Shown here piece by piece: positions 49,452 through 58,710 of a stretch of DNA of 64,000 bases. The notes under the pieces were generated by a model. The model had not been told where the DNA came from. It did no database searches and worked only from the letters and a program-made list of their open reading frames with translations. Every line of letters starts with the position of its first letter. The first letter of the stretch is position 1. The DNA is taken from assembly GCA_024644345.1 (NCBI GenBank), contig JAHELE010000003.1:1288-65287 (forward strand), given 5' to 3'. This stretch comes from Actinomycetes bacterium (lineage in GTDB: Bacteria > Actinomycetota > Actinomycetes > JAHEKZ01). A program made the position numbers and the translations under genes.

Positions 49452-51767
49452 ATGCCGGATCCGGACGCCCTCCTCGAGCACCTGGCGTCTGTGGGCGACC
49501 GACGCGACCGCTTGCTTCACGTCGAGCGGATTCCGAGGCGGGAAGGGCGCACCGGCGACTGGCCCGCCTGGCTGCACCCTCGGCTCCGCGAGGCGCTGAC
49601 CGCTCAGGGGATCGATGCGCCCTGGCAGCACCAGGTGGACGTGGCTGAGCTCGCCCACGGTGGCCGATCTGTCGTCATCTCTACCGGAACCGCGTCCGGC
49701 AAGTCCCTGGCGTATCTGCTGCCGTCGGTCCACGACGTTCTCACCAGCCGCGATGACGGGGTCGAGCGAGGCGCGACGGTTCTCTATCTGAGCCCAACCA
49801 AAGCGTTGGCGGCAGACCAACGTCGTCGGATCGAGGGTTTGGGGGTCGAGGGTCTGCGTGTGGCGACCTACGACGGGGACACTCCCAGCGAAGAACGTGA
49901 GTGGGTCCGCAACTACGCCAACATCGTCCTGACGAATCCCGACATGCTGCATCACTCGATGCTGCCGGGCCATGCCCGTTGGGCCTCGTTCCTACGACGG
50001 CTGCGCTACGTCGTCATCGACGAGATGCACTACTACCGCGGCTTGTTCGGCGCCCACGTCTCCGCCGTCGTTCGCCGACTCCGTCGCGTTGCCGCTCGCT
50101 ACGGCGCTGAGCCGAACTTTCTCCTTGCCTCTGCGACAGCGTCCAACCCCGGCGTCACGGCCGAACGCCTGACCGGCATATCTTGTGCCGCTGTCACAGC
50201 TGACGGATCCCCGCGCGGCGAAGTCATCTTTGCGCTGTGGGAACCCCCGTTCACCGAGCTGCACGGCGAGCACGGCGCTCCGGTCCGACGCACAGCTGCC
50301 GCGGAGGTGGCCGCGCTCCTCACCGACCTGGTGATCGACGACGTCCGCACTCTTGCCTTCGTGCGTTCGCGTCGGGGCGCAGAGGTGGTGTCGCTGCTCA
50401 CTCGACATGCCCTGGAGGAGGTCGACCGTGAGCTCGCTCGAACCGTGGCGGCCTACCGCGCGGGGTTCCTTCCCGAGGAACGCCGACTGCTCGAGAAGCG
50501 CCTGACCACCGGAGACCTGCGAGGTGTGGCCGCTACCAGCGCTCTCGAGCTGGGGATCGATGTGTCCGGGCTCGATGCGGTCCTGCTCGCCGGGTGGCCG
50601 GGCACCCGGGCCTCCCTCTGGCAGCAGTCCGGGCGGGCTGGCCGGACCGGGCAGGGTGCCCTCGCCGTGCTCGTGGCCCGTGATGACCCGCTCGACACGT
50701 ATCTGGTGCACCACCCGGAAGCGATCTTTCATCAGCCGGTCGAGGCCACCGTCTTTGACCCGCACAACCCCTACGTCCTCGGCCCGCACCTGGCAGCGGC
50801 CGCAGCCGAGCTGCCACTGGTCGACGACGACCTCGAGCTCTTCGGCGAAGGCACACATGAGCTGCTGGACGCACTGGTCGAACGCGGCTGGCTGCGCCGT
50901 CGAAGTGCTGGCTGGTTCTGGACGAAACGCGAGCGTGCCACCGACCTCGCGGACCTGCGGGGGATCGGGGGCACTCCCGTCCGGGTGGTCGAGAGCTCCA
51001 CGGGTCGGGTCCTGGGAACGGTCGATCCAAGCTCTTCCCACACGACCGTCCATGCCGGTGCCGTGTACGTCCACCAGGGTGAGAGCTATGTGGTGCGGTC
51101 ACTCGACCTCGAGGAGTCCGTGGCCCTGGCCGACGCCGCCGAACCGGACTACACGACATCTGCCAGAGAGCTCACCGAGATCCGCGTGCTCGAGACCGAA
51201 CGACAGTCACTGGTGGGACCGGCACGGCTGCAGTTCGGGACGGTGGAGGTGACCCGTCAAGTGGTGTCGTTCCTGCGGCGGCGAATAGCGACAGGCGAGG
51301 TGCTGGGCGAGGACCCCCTCGACCTTCCGCCACGGACGCTGCGCACCCGCGCAACATGGTGGACGGTGACGGAGGCAGCGACCGCCGCAGCCGGCGTCGA
51401 GCACGCTGACCTGCCCGGCGCCCTGCACGCGGCAGAGCACGCGAGCATCGGACTGCTGCCGCTGTACGCCACCTGCGACCGCTGGGACATCGGCGGGGTC
51501 TCGACCGCACACCACATCGACACCGGTGAGCCCACAGTCTTCGTCTACGACGGCGCCGCCGGAGGGGCCGGTTTCGCCGAGCACGGCTACTCGCAGGCAC
51601 CGGCCTGGCTGACAGCTACCCGCGACACGATTGCCGACTGCGGGTGCCTGAACGGGTGCCCATCGTGCGTTCAGTCACCCAAGTGCGGCAACGGTAACGA
51701 CCCCCTCGACAAGGCAGCGGCACTGCGGGTGCTCTCGCTTCTTGTTCCACCGACCTCAACGTCGTAG
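49452..51767 (+). CDS. DEAD/DEAH-box helicase with C-terminal DUF1998 zinc-finger domain (MrfA/YprA, Rv3649-like)
   Basis: 'TGTASGKS' Walker A, DExH 'VIDEMHYY', motif VI 'QQSGRAGR', and C-terminal 'CGCLNGCPSCVQSPKCGNGNDPLDK' four-Cys cluster. The ATG is at 49452, and the ORF from 49101 is an over-extension. Confidence 0.85.
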   Translation: MPDPDALLEHLASVGDRRDRLLHVERIPRREGRTGDWPAWLHPRLREALTAQGIDAPWQHQVDVAELAHGGRSVVISTGTASGKSLAYLLPSVHDVLTSRDDGVERGATVLYLSPTKALAADQRRRIEGLGVEGLRVATYDGDTPSEEREWVRNYANIVLTNPDMLHHSMLPGHARWASFLRRLRYVVIDEMHYYRGLFGAHVSAVVRRLRRVAARYGAEPNFLLASATASNPGVTAERLTGISCAAVTADGSPRGEVIFALWEPPFTELHGEHGAPVRRTAAAEVAALLTDLVIDDVRTLAFVRSRRGAEVVSLLTRHALEEVDRELARTVAAYRAGFLPEERRLLEKRLTTGDLRGVAATSALELGIDVSGLDAVLLAGWPGTRASLWQQSGRAGRTGQGALAVLVARDDPLDTYLVHHPEAIFHQPVEATVFDPHNPYVLGPHLAAAAAELPLVDDDLELFGEGTHELLDALVERGWLRRRSAGWFWTKRERATDLADLRGIGGTPVRVVESSTGRVLGTVDPSSSHTTVHAGAVYVHQGESYVVRSLDLEESVALADAAEPDYTTSARELTEIRVLETERQSLVGPARLQFGTVEVTRQVVSFLRRRIATGEVLGEDPLDLPPRTLRTRATWWTVTEAATAAAGVEHADLPGALHAAEHASIGLLPLYATCDRWDIGGVSTAHHIDTGEPTVFVYDGAAGGAGFAEHGYSQAPAWLTATRDTIADCGCLNGCPSCVQSPKCGNGNDPLDKAAALRVLSLLVPPTSTS

Positions 51768-52094
51768 CCCGGCCCGAGCTACTGCGCCGATCCGCGGCAA
51801 CAGTGGCAGCGACGTCGACACGGTCACCTCCACTCTCAGTGAGCCAGACAACAGCGAGCATCGGTGCAGATCGGCGCCATTGGCACTCGCTACACGTGCG
51901 GCGGTCGCGCACGCCTCACCGGCGTCGCTGAGTGATGCGTTGGCGCCGCCCAAGGCTGCGAGCTGTGCGGCTCGCACGGCGTCCCCGTGTACGGCGAAAC
52001 CAGCACCCAGGACGACGACCGGTAGCGCGACCACCATCAAGAACGTCATCGCTCCCAGCACATATATCGTTGCCGATCCCGACTCATCGCTCAC
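51756..52094 (-). CDS. TadE-like pseudopilin / Flp-pilus assembly protein (Rv3654c-like)
   Basis: Small protein with a single N-terminal TM helix (IYVLGAMTFLMVVALPVVVLG). Position and size are syntenic with the mycobacterial tad locus. Confidence 0.45.
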   Translation of the reverse strand: MSDESGSATIYVLGAMTFLMVVALPVVVLGAGFAVHGDAVRAAQLAALGGANASLSDAGEACATAARVASANGADLHRCSLLSGSLRVEVTVSTSLPLLPRIGAVARAGLRR

Positions 52095-52420
52095 GGCACC
52101 ACCCCCGGCTCGAGCAAGGCAGCGGCCGTTGAGCGGGGAGCCGGCATAGGCACCGGGCCCCACTGCCGCCCGGGTGCGGTCACCTCAACCCGCACCCACG
52201 GACCATCGACCCACATCCGCACCACGGCGGCACGGGGAGCCAGCTGTTGCGCCTGGTCGACCACCACCTCGCGGTCGGTCCCCACCGAGGCGGCCCGGGC
52301 TGCTGCCCTCGCCGCTTCAGACGTCCGCGATGCGTCGGAGGCGACACCGATGACGACGGCCAGAAGCGACACCACCATCACCAGCGCTGGCAACGCCACA
52401 GCCAGCTCGGCTGTGGCCAT
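52091..52420 (-). CDS. TadE-like pseudopilin (Rv3655c-like)
   Basis: 'MATAELAVALPALVMVVSLLAVVIG' TadE-type N-terminus. ORF track 52091..52579 is over-extended. Confidence 0.5.
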   Translation of the reverse strand: MATAELAVALPALVMVVSLLAVVIGVASDASRTSEAARAAARAASVGTDREVVVDQAQQLAPRAAVVRMWVDGPWVRVEVTAPGRQWGPVPMPAPRSTAAALLEPGVVP

Positions 52421-52472
52421 TCCCCGATCGCTGGTGCGACCGGCCCAACGGACCGGTCGCACCACGCCGGCC

Positions 52473-52652
52473 TCAGAAGATGAGGTCAAACGCACTGCTG
52501 ATCGCTGACTTGAGGAGACTCTGCACCCAGTCGCTTCCCAGGAGCTGCAGCAGGGTTCCTGCGAAGCCGCATGCGGCAACTGTTCCCACGGCGTACTCCG
52601 CGGTGGTCATACCGTCATCGCCGCTCACCCGACGACGCACCGTTTCGATCAT
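52473..52652 (-). CDS. Flp/Fap family pilin (59 aa)
   Basis: 'MIETVRRRVSGDDGMTTAEYAVGTVAACGFAGTLLQLL..' Flp motif G-x-T-T-A-E-Y-A preceded by a GGAGG RBS. Embedded in the longer ORF 52473..53012. Confidence 0.6.
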   Translation of the reverse strand: MIETVRRRVSGDDGMTTAEYAVGTVAACGFAGTLLQLLGSDWVQSLLKSAISSAFDLIF

Positions 52653-52791
52653 GAGTCCTCCAGCCTCCGACGTCCGGTCGGTACGGACGATCTGGTTGAT
52701 CGCAGGGCGCAGCCTGGCCCGCCGACGAAGAGATCCGGCGGCAGACGGCGCAGCTTGCGGATAACTCCCCGGCACCCCGGCTGTGGACGAC

Positions 52792-53583
52792 TCACAGTCC
52801 GATGGGAAGGAGCGAGAGAACCAACGGCACCACCGCAACCAGGACGAAGGAGGGCAGGAAGCAGAGACCGAGAGGGCCGGTGGAGCGCACTCCCAACGTT
52901 CGTGCGCCGTCCATGGCCACCACCCGCGCCAGCTGACGATTCTGGTCAGCCAGCATCCAGAGCTGGGGCGCGACGGCAGCTCCGGTCGTGTGCGCCCGAG
53001 CAAGTAGGACACCCAACGGGCGGAGATCGGGCTCCGGGACCAAGGACCACGCCTCGGCTACATCGGCACCGACCCCGAGGGCGCCGGACACGCGCCGAAA
53101 GTCTTCTTCGAGAGACCCGGCCAATCCATTCGACACCGCGCGCAGTGCCTGCTCTTGGGTCGCACCGATCGCCAGACACGAGGCGAGCACCTCGATGGCG
53201 ATCGGTAGTTCGAGAACGCGTCTGGCCGCCAGCGCACGCTCGGGCCGCGCCGACGACCGCTGTGCCCCTCTGTCGATGATGAACGCCACCACGATGGCCA
53301 CCACAAGTCCCGTGGCGCTGCCAACCACCATGACGACCGCGAGCGCCCCTCCGACAGGTGCCACCCAGCGCGGAAGCCGTCGTCGGCCAGAGTGGTGCTG
53401 AGGCAACAGCCGGCGACGAGCACGCGACACCGATGGAATCCAGATCGACACCGCGCCGGCGGAGGCGACTGCCGTGAGCAGGCTCAGCACCGCTACCAAC
53501 GCAAAGCCTCGCGAACGCTCTCGACCTGACGCGCGAGCCACCACCAGCCTGCGGCGCCGAAGACTGCCCCCACCCCGAGGCAC
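52792..53583 (-). CDS. TadC-like Flp pilus assembly membrane protein
   Basis: Polytopic, T2SS-F-like, and syntenic (Rv3657c position). The start is probably internal because of the overlap with tadB. Confidence 0.55.
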   Translation of the reverse strand: MPRGGGSLRRRRLVVARASGRERSRGFALVAVLSLLTAVASAGAVSIWIPSVSRARRRLLPQHHSGRRRLPRWVAPVGGALAVVMVVGSATGLVVAIVVAFIIDRGAQRSSARPERALAARRVLELPIAIEVLASCLAIGATQEQALRAVSNGLAGSLEEDFRRVSGALGVGADVAEAWSLVPEPDLRPLGVLLARAHTTGAAVAPQLWMLADQNRQLARVVAMDGARTLGVRSTGPLGLCFLPSFVLVAVVPLVLSLLPIGL

Positions 53584-54173
53584 GCGGCCCCGATCGGGCT
53601 CCCGAAGAGAATCGACAGGGGATCAGCGCCAAGGAGGGTGCCCATGGTGACCGCCACCGCCGGCAGCATTGCCAACACCACCCCGGTGGCTCGCACCGAT
53701 GACAGCTGACCATGCACCTCGGCCGCCACCTCGTACTCATGGCGCATGGCCTCACCCACGCGATCGAGGGCGTCGGCCAGCCCCGCACCGGCGTCGTCGG
53801 CGACCCGCCAGCACACCGCAACAGCGGCAAGCCCTCCCCAACCCGGCACGCGCGCCCAGCGAGTCAGCAACGCCATCACGTCACTGCCCGGAAGCCAGGG
53901 ACCCGGCAGCTGTCCGCTCCATGACGACAGAACTGCCCGCCACGCGCCCTCCGGCGGCTGGCCCGCCCGCAGCTCGCCTGCCAAAGCGGCGCAGAGCGCA
54001 CCAATCTCGCGGGCCTGCGATGCCGGTGCGCGGTGACGCCTGGCCATCGAGGCACCCGGCCAGCTGACCCCAGCGCCCTGGCCCACTAGCGGTCCCCGTC
54101 TGACCGGAGTCGGTCGCCAGCACCAGGCCGCCAACGCCGCACAGACGACAGATGCCAGAACGAGTGGTGTCAT
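53493..54173 (-). CDS. TadB-like Flp pilus assembly membrane protein
   Basis: Polytopic T2SS-F-like protein immediately downstream of tadA (4-nt overlap). Confidence 0.55.
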   Translation of the reverse strand: MTPLVLASVVCAALAAWCWRPTPVRRGPLVGQGAGVSWPGASMARRHRAPASQAREIGALCAALAGELRAGQPPEGAWRAVLSSWSGQLPGPWLPGSDVMALLTRWARVPGWGGLAAVAVCWRVADDAGAGLADALDRVGEAMRHEYEVAAEVHGQLSSVRATGVVLAMLPAVAVTMGTLLGADPLSILFGSPIGAACLGVGAVFGAAGWWWLARQVESVREALRW

Positions 54174-55279
54174 CGGAGTACCACCCCGTCCTCGCCGACA
54201 GTCACCTCAGGTGTGACACATAGCTGCCCCGACCGCTCAACAACTGAAGCCACAGCCGAGACGAACCGGCGTCCGCCGCGCGTTCTCTCAAGATGGACGA
54301 CGGCGTCGATTGCCGGTGCGACGAGTCGATGCAGAGACTCGCGATGCACACCACCAAGTACAGCCAACGCCTCCAGCCGAGGAATGAGGTCGCCAGCTGA
54401 GTTGGCGTGCACGGTTCCACATCCGCCGTCGTGACCGGTGTTGAACGCAGTGAGCAGGTCAACGACCTCGGGGCCGCGGACCTCGCCGACAACCAGTCGG
54501 TCCGGGCGCATTCGGAGTGTCTGTCGCACCAGGTCCTGGAGCGACACCGCACCCGCACCTTCAATGTTGGGCGGGCGAGTCTGCAGGAAGACCGCGTGTG
54601 GATGCTGTGGGGCAAGCTCGCGCGTGTCCTCGACCACGACGAGTCGCTCGTGCGCGGGAACCGCCGCGAGGAGCGCATTCAGCAGCGTCGTCTTGCCCGA
54701 GCCCGTACCGCCGGTCACCAGGAAGGTCCGGCGGTCGGCGATCAGCCCACGCAGGATCTCGTCGATGCCGCGGGCGATCATTCCCGAGCGCACCAGATCT
54801 GAGAGCATCCACCCTCGGTGCCGCGGCACACGAAGGACGAGGCTCACCCGGTCCACCAGCGGGGGCAGGATGGCGTGCAGCCGGACGCCATGGGCCAGCG
54901 GTGCATCGACGTAGGGGGCCGCGTCGTCGAAGCGGCGTCCTGCCGAGCTCGCCAACCGTTGGGCGAGGCGACGAACGGACGCGTCGTCCGCAAATCGGAT
55001 TGACGTCGCACGCATCCCACAACCGTCATCGACCCAGACCTCGGCTGCACCGTTCACGGCGATGTCAGTGACCATCGGGTCGGACAGGAGCGGCTCGAGT
55101 GGTCCGAACCCCTGAAGATCTGCAGCGAGCGACGATGTCAGTCGGTGCAGTCCGGCGTCGTCGATGACGTGCCCGCGTGCCTGGACGACCTCGCGCACGG
55201 TTTGGGCTCTCGGCGGCCTCGCATCCAGCAGTAGCGACCGCCGGACATCGGCACTGATGTCCACGTCAGGCCGCGACAT
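54170..55279 (-). CDS. tadA: Flp pilus assembly ATPase CpaF/TadA
   Basis: Walker A 'LVTGGTGSGKTTLLNAL', Walker B/Asp-box 'LVVGEVRGPE', His-box. ORF track start 55348 overlaps the cpaE-like gene, so MSRPDVD at 55279 is the likely start. Confidence 0.85.
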   Translation of the reverse strand: MSRPDVDISADVRRSLLLDARPPRAQTVREVVQARGHVIDDAGLHRLTSSLAADLQGFGPLEPLLSDPMVTDIAVNGAAEVWVDDGCGMRATSIRFADDASVRRLAQRLASSAGRRFDDAAPYVDAPLAHGVRLHAILPPLVDRVSLVLRVPRHRGWMLSDLVRSGMIARGIDEILRGLIADRRTFLVTGGTGSGKTTLLNALLAAVPAHERLVVVEDTRELAPQHPHAVFLQTRPPNIEGAGAVSLQDLVRQTLRMRPDRLVVGEVRGPEVVDLLTAFNTGHDGGCGTVHANSAGDLIPRLEALAVLGGVHRESLHRLVAPAIDAVVHLERTRGGRRFVSAVASVVERSGQLCVTPEVTVGEDGVVLR

Positions 55280-56321
55280 CCGCGACCGCCGTGAGCACCT
55301 GCCGGCAGACGCGTTGCCACTGAGCTGACGTCGGGGGTTGTCCGCCAACCTCTTCGTTCACCGGACGTCGTCGGTCGTCGGGAAGTTTCGCTGCGACGGG
55401 CAGTGACAACGCCGCCGCCAGGTCGTCGGGCGAGAGCCCGCCGGGTGCCGGCCCGCTCGCAACGATGGTCGGCGGAATCGGGGGAGAGATCCGCGCCAGC
55501 AGACGCCGCGCTGCTGCGACCGCCCGCACTCGAAGCGGGACGACCAACACCAGCCGCTGACAGCGGGCCAGGGCGACAGCGGCCCTGGGGTCGTTCAGGC
55601 GCCCGCCGTCGACCACCACCACACCGGGCGGTCGGCCCAACGCGTCGAGTACCTGGCCCACAGCGCCTACCGACGGTTCGAGGTGGCTCTCCCCCGACCA
55701 GCTCAGCACCGGGAGACCGTCGGCCCGTGGCAGCGCCTCCAGCAGCACCGTCTCGTCCACTGTTCCGGTGATGCCGGCGAGCTCTTCCCACCGCGCTCCG
55801 GTCTCGCCCTCGGCGCCAAGCATCAGGTCCAGCCCGCCCCCGGCGGGATCGAGGTCGACCAGAACCGACGGCGTCCGGTCTCTCTTAGCCGCATAGGCGA
55901 GTGAGGCGGCCAGGGTGCTCGTGCCGGCTCCTCCCACTGCCCCCGCAACGACCACGACCTCGGCCGCGGGATCGGGCTGGAGAGACCGACCGAACCGCTC
56001 GAAGAGCCATGGGGCACCGTCCGGCAGCTCGACCACGTGCTCAGCTCCAACTGCCATGAGGTGACGCCAGATCGCGGGGTCGTCGATTGCTCGGGCAACG
56101 ACCACCAGACCTTGCCGCGGCAGAGGCAGCAAGCGCATGGCCGGCTCGACCAACGAGACGTCGAGCAACACCAGTGGCGCCGTACTCCACAGCGGGGCAG
56201 CGGCGCCGACGTCGGCCGCGACGGCGACGTCGACCTGCGCCTCGTCAGCCACTGCGAGTACGGCGTCCTGAACCCCGTTGTCAGTGGTGATGAGCAATGG
56301 GCGGGCATACGGCTGTGGCAT
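55266..56321 (-). CDS. CpaE-like ParA/MinD-type ATPase with N-terminal receiver-like domain (Rv3660c-like)
   Basis: Deviant Walker A 'VVVAGAVGGAGTSTLAASLA' and N-terminal CheY-like fold without a clear phospho-Asp. Confidence 0.65.
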   Translation of the reverse strand: MPQPYARPLLITTDNGVQDAVLAVADEAQVDVAVAADVGAAAPLWSTAPLVLLDVSLVEPAMRLLPLPRQGLVVVARAIDDPAIWRHLMAVGAEHVVELPDGAPWLFERFGRSLQPDPAAEVVVVAGAVGGAGTSTLAASLAYAAKRDRTPSVLVDLDPAGGGLDLMLGAEGETGARWEELAGITGTVDETVLLEALPRADGLPVLSWSGESHLEPSVGAVGQVLDALGRPPGVVVVDGGRLNDPRAAVALARCQRLVLVVPLRVRAVAAARRLLARISPPIPPTIVASGPAPGGLSPDDLAAALSLPVAAKLPDDRRRPVNEEVGGQPPTSAQWQRVCRQVLTAVADVAA

Positions 56322-56671
56322 GGAAGCTCCTCACTCGGGAGCTGGAGCCTGTTCTACTGCCACCTACGCGTCGCGCGTCATGTCCGGAGTTGGGGACAAG
56401 GACCGGCTGGCCGAAGTTGTGGACGGCTGTGAAGAGCGTCCGCACGTGGGACGACCCCCGCCGGGGGGATAGCGGGGGCCGTCAAGGCGCTTGGCCCCGG
56501 GGGGAGGGAGCCAGGCGCGCTCTGGACCGCGGAGGACCAGATACGCACATCGTGTACCCGATCCACTACACAGCGCAATCGGGTCAGGCCGAAGGGCCGA
56601 CGGCGACTAGAACAACCACCCGAACGGCCCAATCACCTATGACCCACTCGGGCTGCCTATTCTCTGAGGCA

Positions 56672-57502
56672 ATGACACGATCAGCAGCTTTCTTCGACCT
56701 CGACAAGACCATCATTGCGCGGTCGAGCTCGTTGGCATTCAGTCGTCCGTTCTATGCGAGCGGACTGATCAATCGCCGCACCGTGCTCCGCAGCGGCTAT
56801 GCCCAGTTCGTCTACCTCGCCGGTGGGGCCGACCACGACCAGATGGAACGGATGCGCCAGTACCTGCAGTCGATGGTGGCCGGCTGGCCGGTCGCCCAGG
56901 TGCGGGAGGTCGTGGCCGAGACGCTGCACGAGCTGATCGACCCCATCGTCTACGACGAGGCCGTCACCTTGATCGAAGAGCACCGCGCAATGGGTCGCGA
57001 GATCGTGATCGTCAGCTCCTCCGGACGCGAGGTCGTCGAGCCCATCGGACAGATGCTCGGTGCCGATCACATCGTTGCCACCCAGATGGTGATCGAGGAC
57101 GGCAAGTACACCGGAGAGATCGACTACTACGCGTACGGTCCCACCAAGGCTGATGCCATCCGCGAGATGGCGCAGGCCCACGGCTACGACCTCGACGCGT
57201 CCTACGCCTACAGCGACTCGCAGACTGACCTGCCCATGCTCGAGGTGGTGGGGCATCCCACAGCGGTGAACCCCGACAAGGAGCTGGCCAAGGTGGCCGC
57301 TGAGCGCGAGTGGCCGATCCTGCGCTTCGAGCGTCCGGTGGCGATGCGCCGACGGCTGCCGTCCGTTCCCGATCTACCGCACCTGTCCGACCTCGACACC
57401 CGACAGCGTGCCTATGCCGGGGTCTCGGTGGCTGTCGTCCTGGGTGCAGCCGCGCTGGTTGTCGTCGTCGCCGCGTCCCGGCGCCGACGTGTCACGGCCT
57501 AG
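56672..57502 (+). CDS. HAD-IB family hydrolase (SerB-like, Rv3661-like)
   Basis: 'AAFFDLDKTII' motif I, 'SSSGREVV' motif II, 'YSDSQTDLPML' motif IV, and a C-terminal TM anchor. ATG at 56672. Confidence 0.8.
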   Translation: MTRSAAFFDLDKTIIARSSSLAFSRPFYASGLINRRTVLRSGYAQFVYLAGGADHDQMERMRQYLQSMVAGWPVAQVREVVAETLHELIDPIVYDEAVTLIEEHRAMGREIVIVSSSGREVVEPIGQMLGADHIVATQMVIEDGKYTGEIDYYAYGPTKADAIREMAQAHGYDLDASYAYSDSQTDLPMLEVVGHPTAVNPDKELAKVAAEREWPILRFERPVAMRRRLPSVPDLPHLSDLDTRQRAYAGVSVAVVLGAAALVVVVAASRRRRVTA

Positions 57503-57595
57503 CGACCGACGTACTCCCGCCTCTCCCGCCGAGTGGCACGAAACCGTTCATCGAGGCCCACCTGTTCGGCCATATTCGTAGCAGTCACGCCGTGG

Positions 57596-58678
57596 TCAGC
57601 GCTGTCGTAGCCCGGCGAGCGCGGCGGTGTGAGGCACACCGGTCCACCCACGTCCCCGCAAGTACCGGGCGACGTGCAGAACCACGCCTCGAGGCGAGCG
57701 CATCATCGTGGCCTCGACCTGCACCACCTCAAAGCCCAGCGCGGCGAGCCGCCCCCGTCGTCCGATATCGGCTGCGTACTGCTCGCGCGATCTGTGGTAC
57801 GCGCCCTCGTACTCGACAACCAGCCTGCGATGCCTGTCGAGAAGATCGACCCGCGCAACAAACTGACCGTCGTCCCAGATCTCGACGTTCGGCTCGAAGG
57901 GCGGCAACCCGCACAAGAAGAACCAGACACGAAGCAGGCTCTCTGGTGGCGACTCGGCCCTAGCATCCAGCAGCGGCAGAGCAGCCCGCATGGTGGAGAT
58001 TCCCCGGCGCCCCCTAGCCCAGCTGACCATGTCCAGCAGCTCAGATCGCCCGACACCCAGCGCGCGCAGGCAGTGGTCGCCGGTGGCCACCAGCTGGTCC
58101 AGTGGCAGAACGGCTGCCAGGTCGAGAAGTGTGCGAGGGGCACTCGTGACCGCCACCCCATCAACAAGAGCCCGATGTTCGCGTGGCAGATCGGCGCGGT
58201 GATTGACGACTCCCGCCCGACGAATGGCGGACGCCCCTGGCGCGCGCGTGACATGAAGGTCTGCCGCCGGCGGCCCCCAGCCGGGCATGCCCCATAGCGC
58301 AGCGGCCGTGTCATGGCTCACCACCGGGTCGCCGGCAAGCACCAGAACAAGCCCCCGGCAACGATCGACCAGAGATGGGTCTTCCATCCCACGCAGGTGG
58401 ACACCATGGGTCAGGGACTGCCACGTCGAGCCGCGAAGCACCGACGGGCTGATCCCCCGCTGACGCAGGTCGGCCGGGCGCACCGGACGGCCGACGAGAT
58501 CGTCGGGAAGCGGAACTGACCTGGGCATGCCGAAGACCATCGTGCGCGTCGGCGCTCGGCGGGTCGCCGCATGCCTCAACTGGGGAGAACGCCAGCGGCC
58601 CACGGGTGTGGACGACGCAGCGCCACGTCCCCGCACCGCTCGACTGTCACGAAACCGTCCACCCCGAGCCCTCGACAT
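57596..58678 (-). CDS. AbiEi_4-like N-terminal domain fused to DUF559 (Vsr-like endonuclease fold) protein
   Basis: C-terminal 'RLVVEYEGAYHRSREQYAADIGRRGRLAALGFEVVQV' is the DUF559 signature. The N-terminal wHTH-like region is typical of AbiEi antitoxin-like domains. The start is probably internal (MVFGMPRS). Confidence 0.55.
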   Translation of the reverse strand: MSRARGGRFRDSRAVRGRGAASSTPVGRWRSPQLRHAATRRAPTRTMVFGMPRSVPLPDDLVGRPVRPADLRQRGISPSVLRGSTWQSLTHGVHLRGMEDPSLVDRCRGLVLVLAGDPVVSHDTAAALWGMPGWGPPAADLHVTRAPGASAIRRAGVVNHRADLPREHRALVDGVAVTSAPRTLLDLAAVLPLDQLVATGDHCLRALGVGRSELLDMVSWARGRRGISTMRAALPLLDARAESPPESLLRVWFFLCGLPPFEPNVEIWDDGQFVARVDLLDRHRRLVVEYEGAYHRSREQYAADIGRRGRLAALGFEVVQVEATMMRSPRGVVLHVARYLRGRGWTGVPHTAALAGLRQR

Positions 58679-58710
58679 AGCCAGTTTCGTGACACTCGAA
58701 CGACGAGGGG

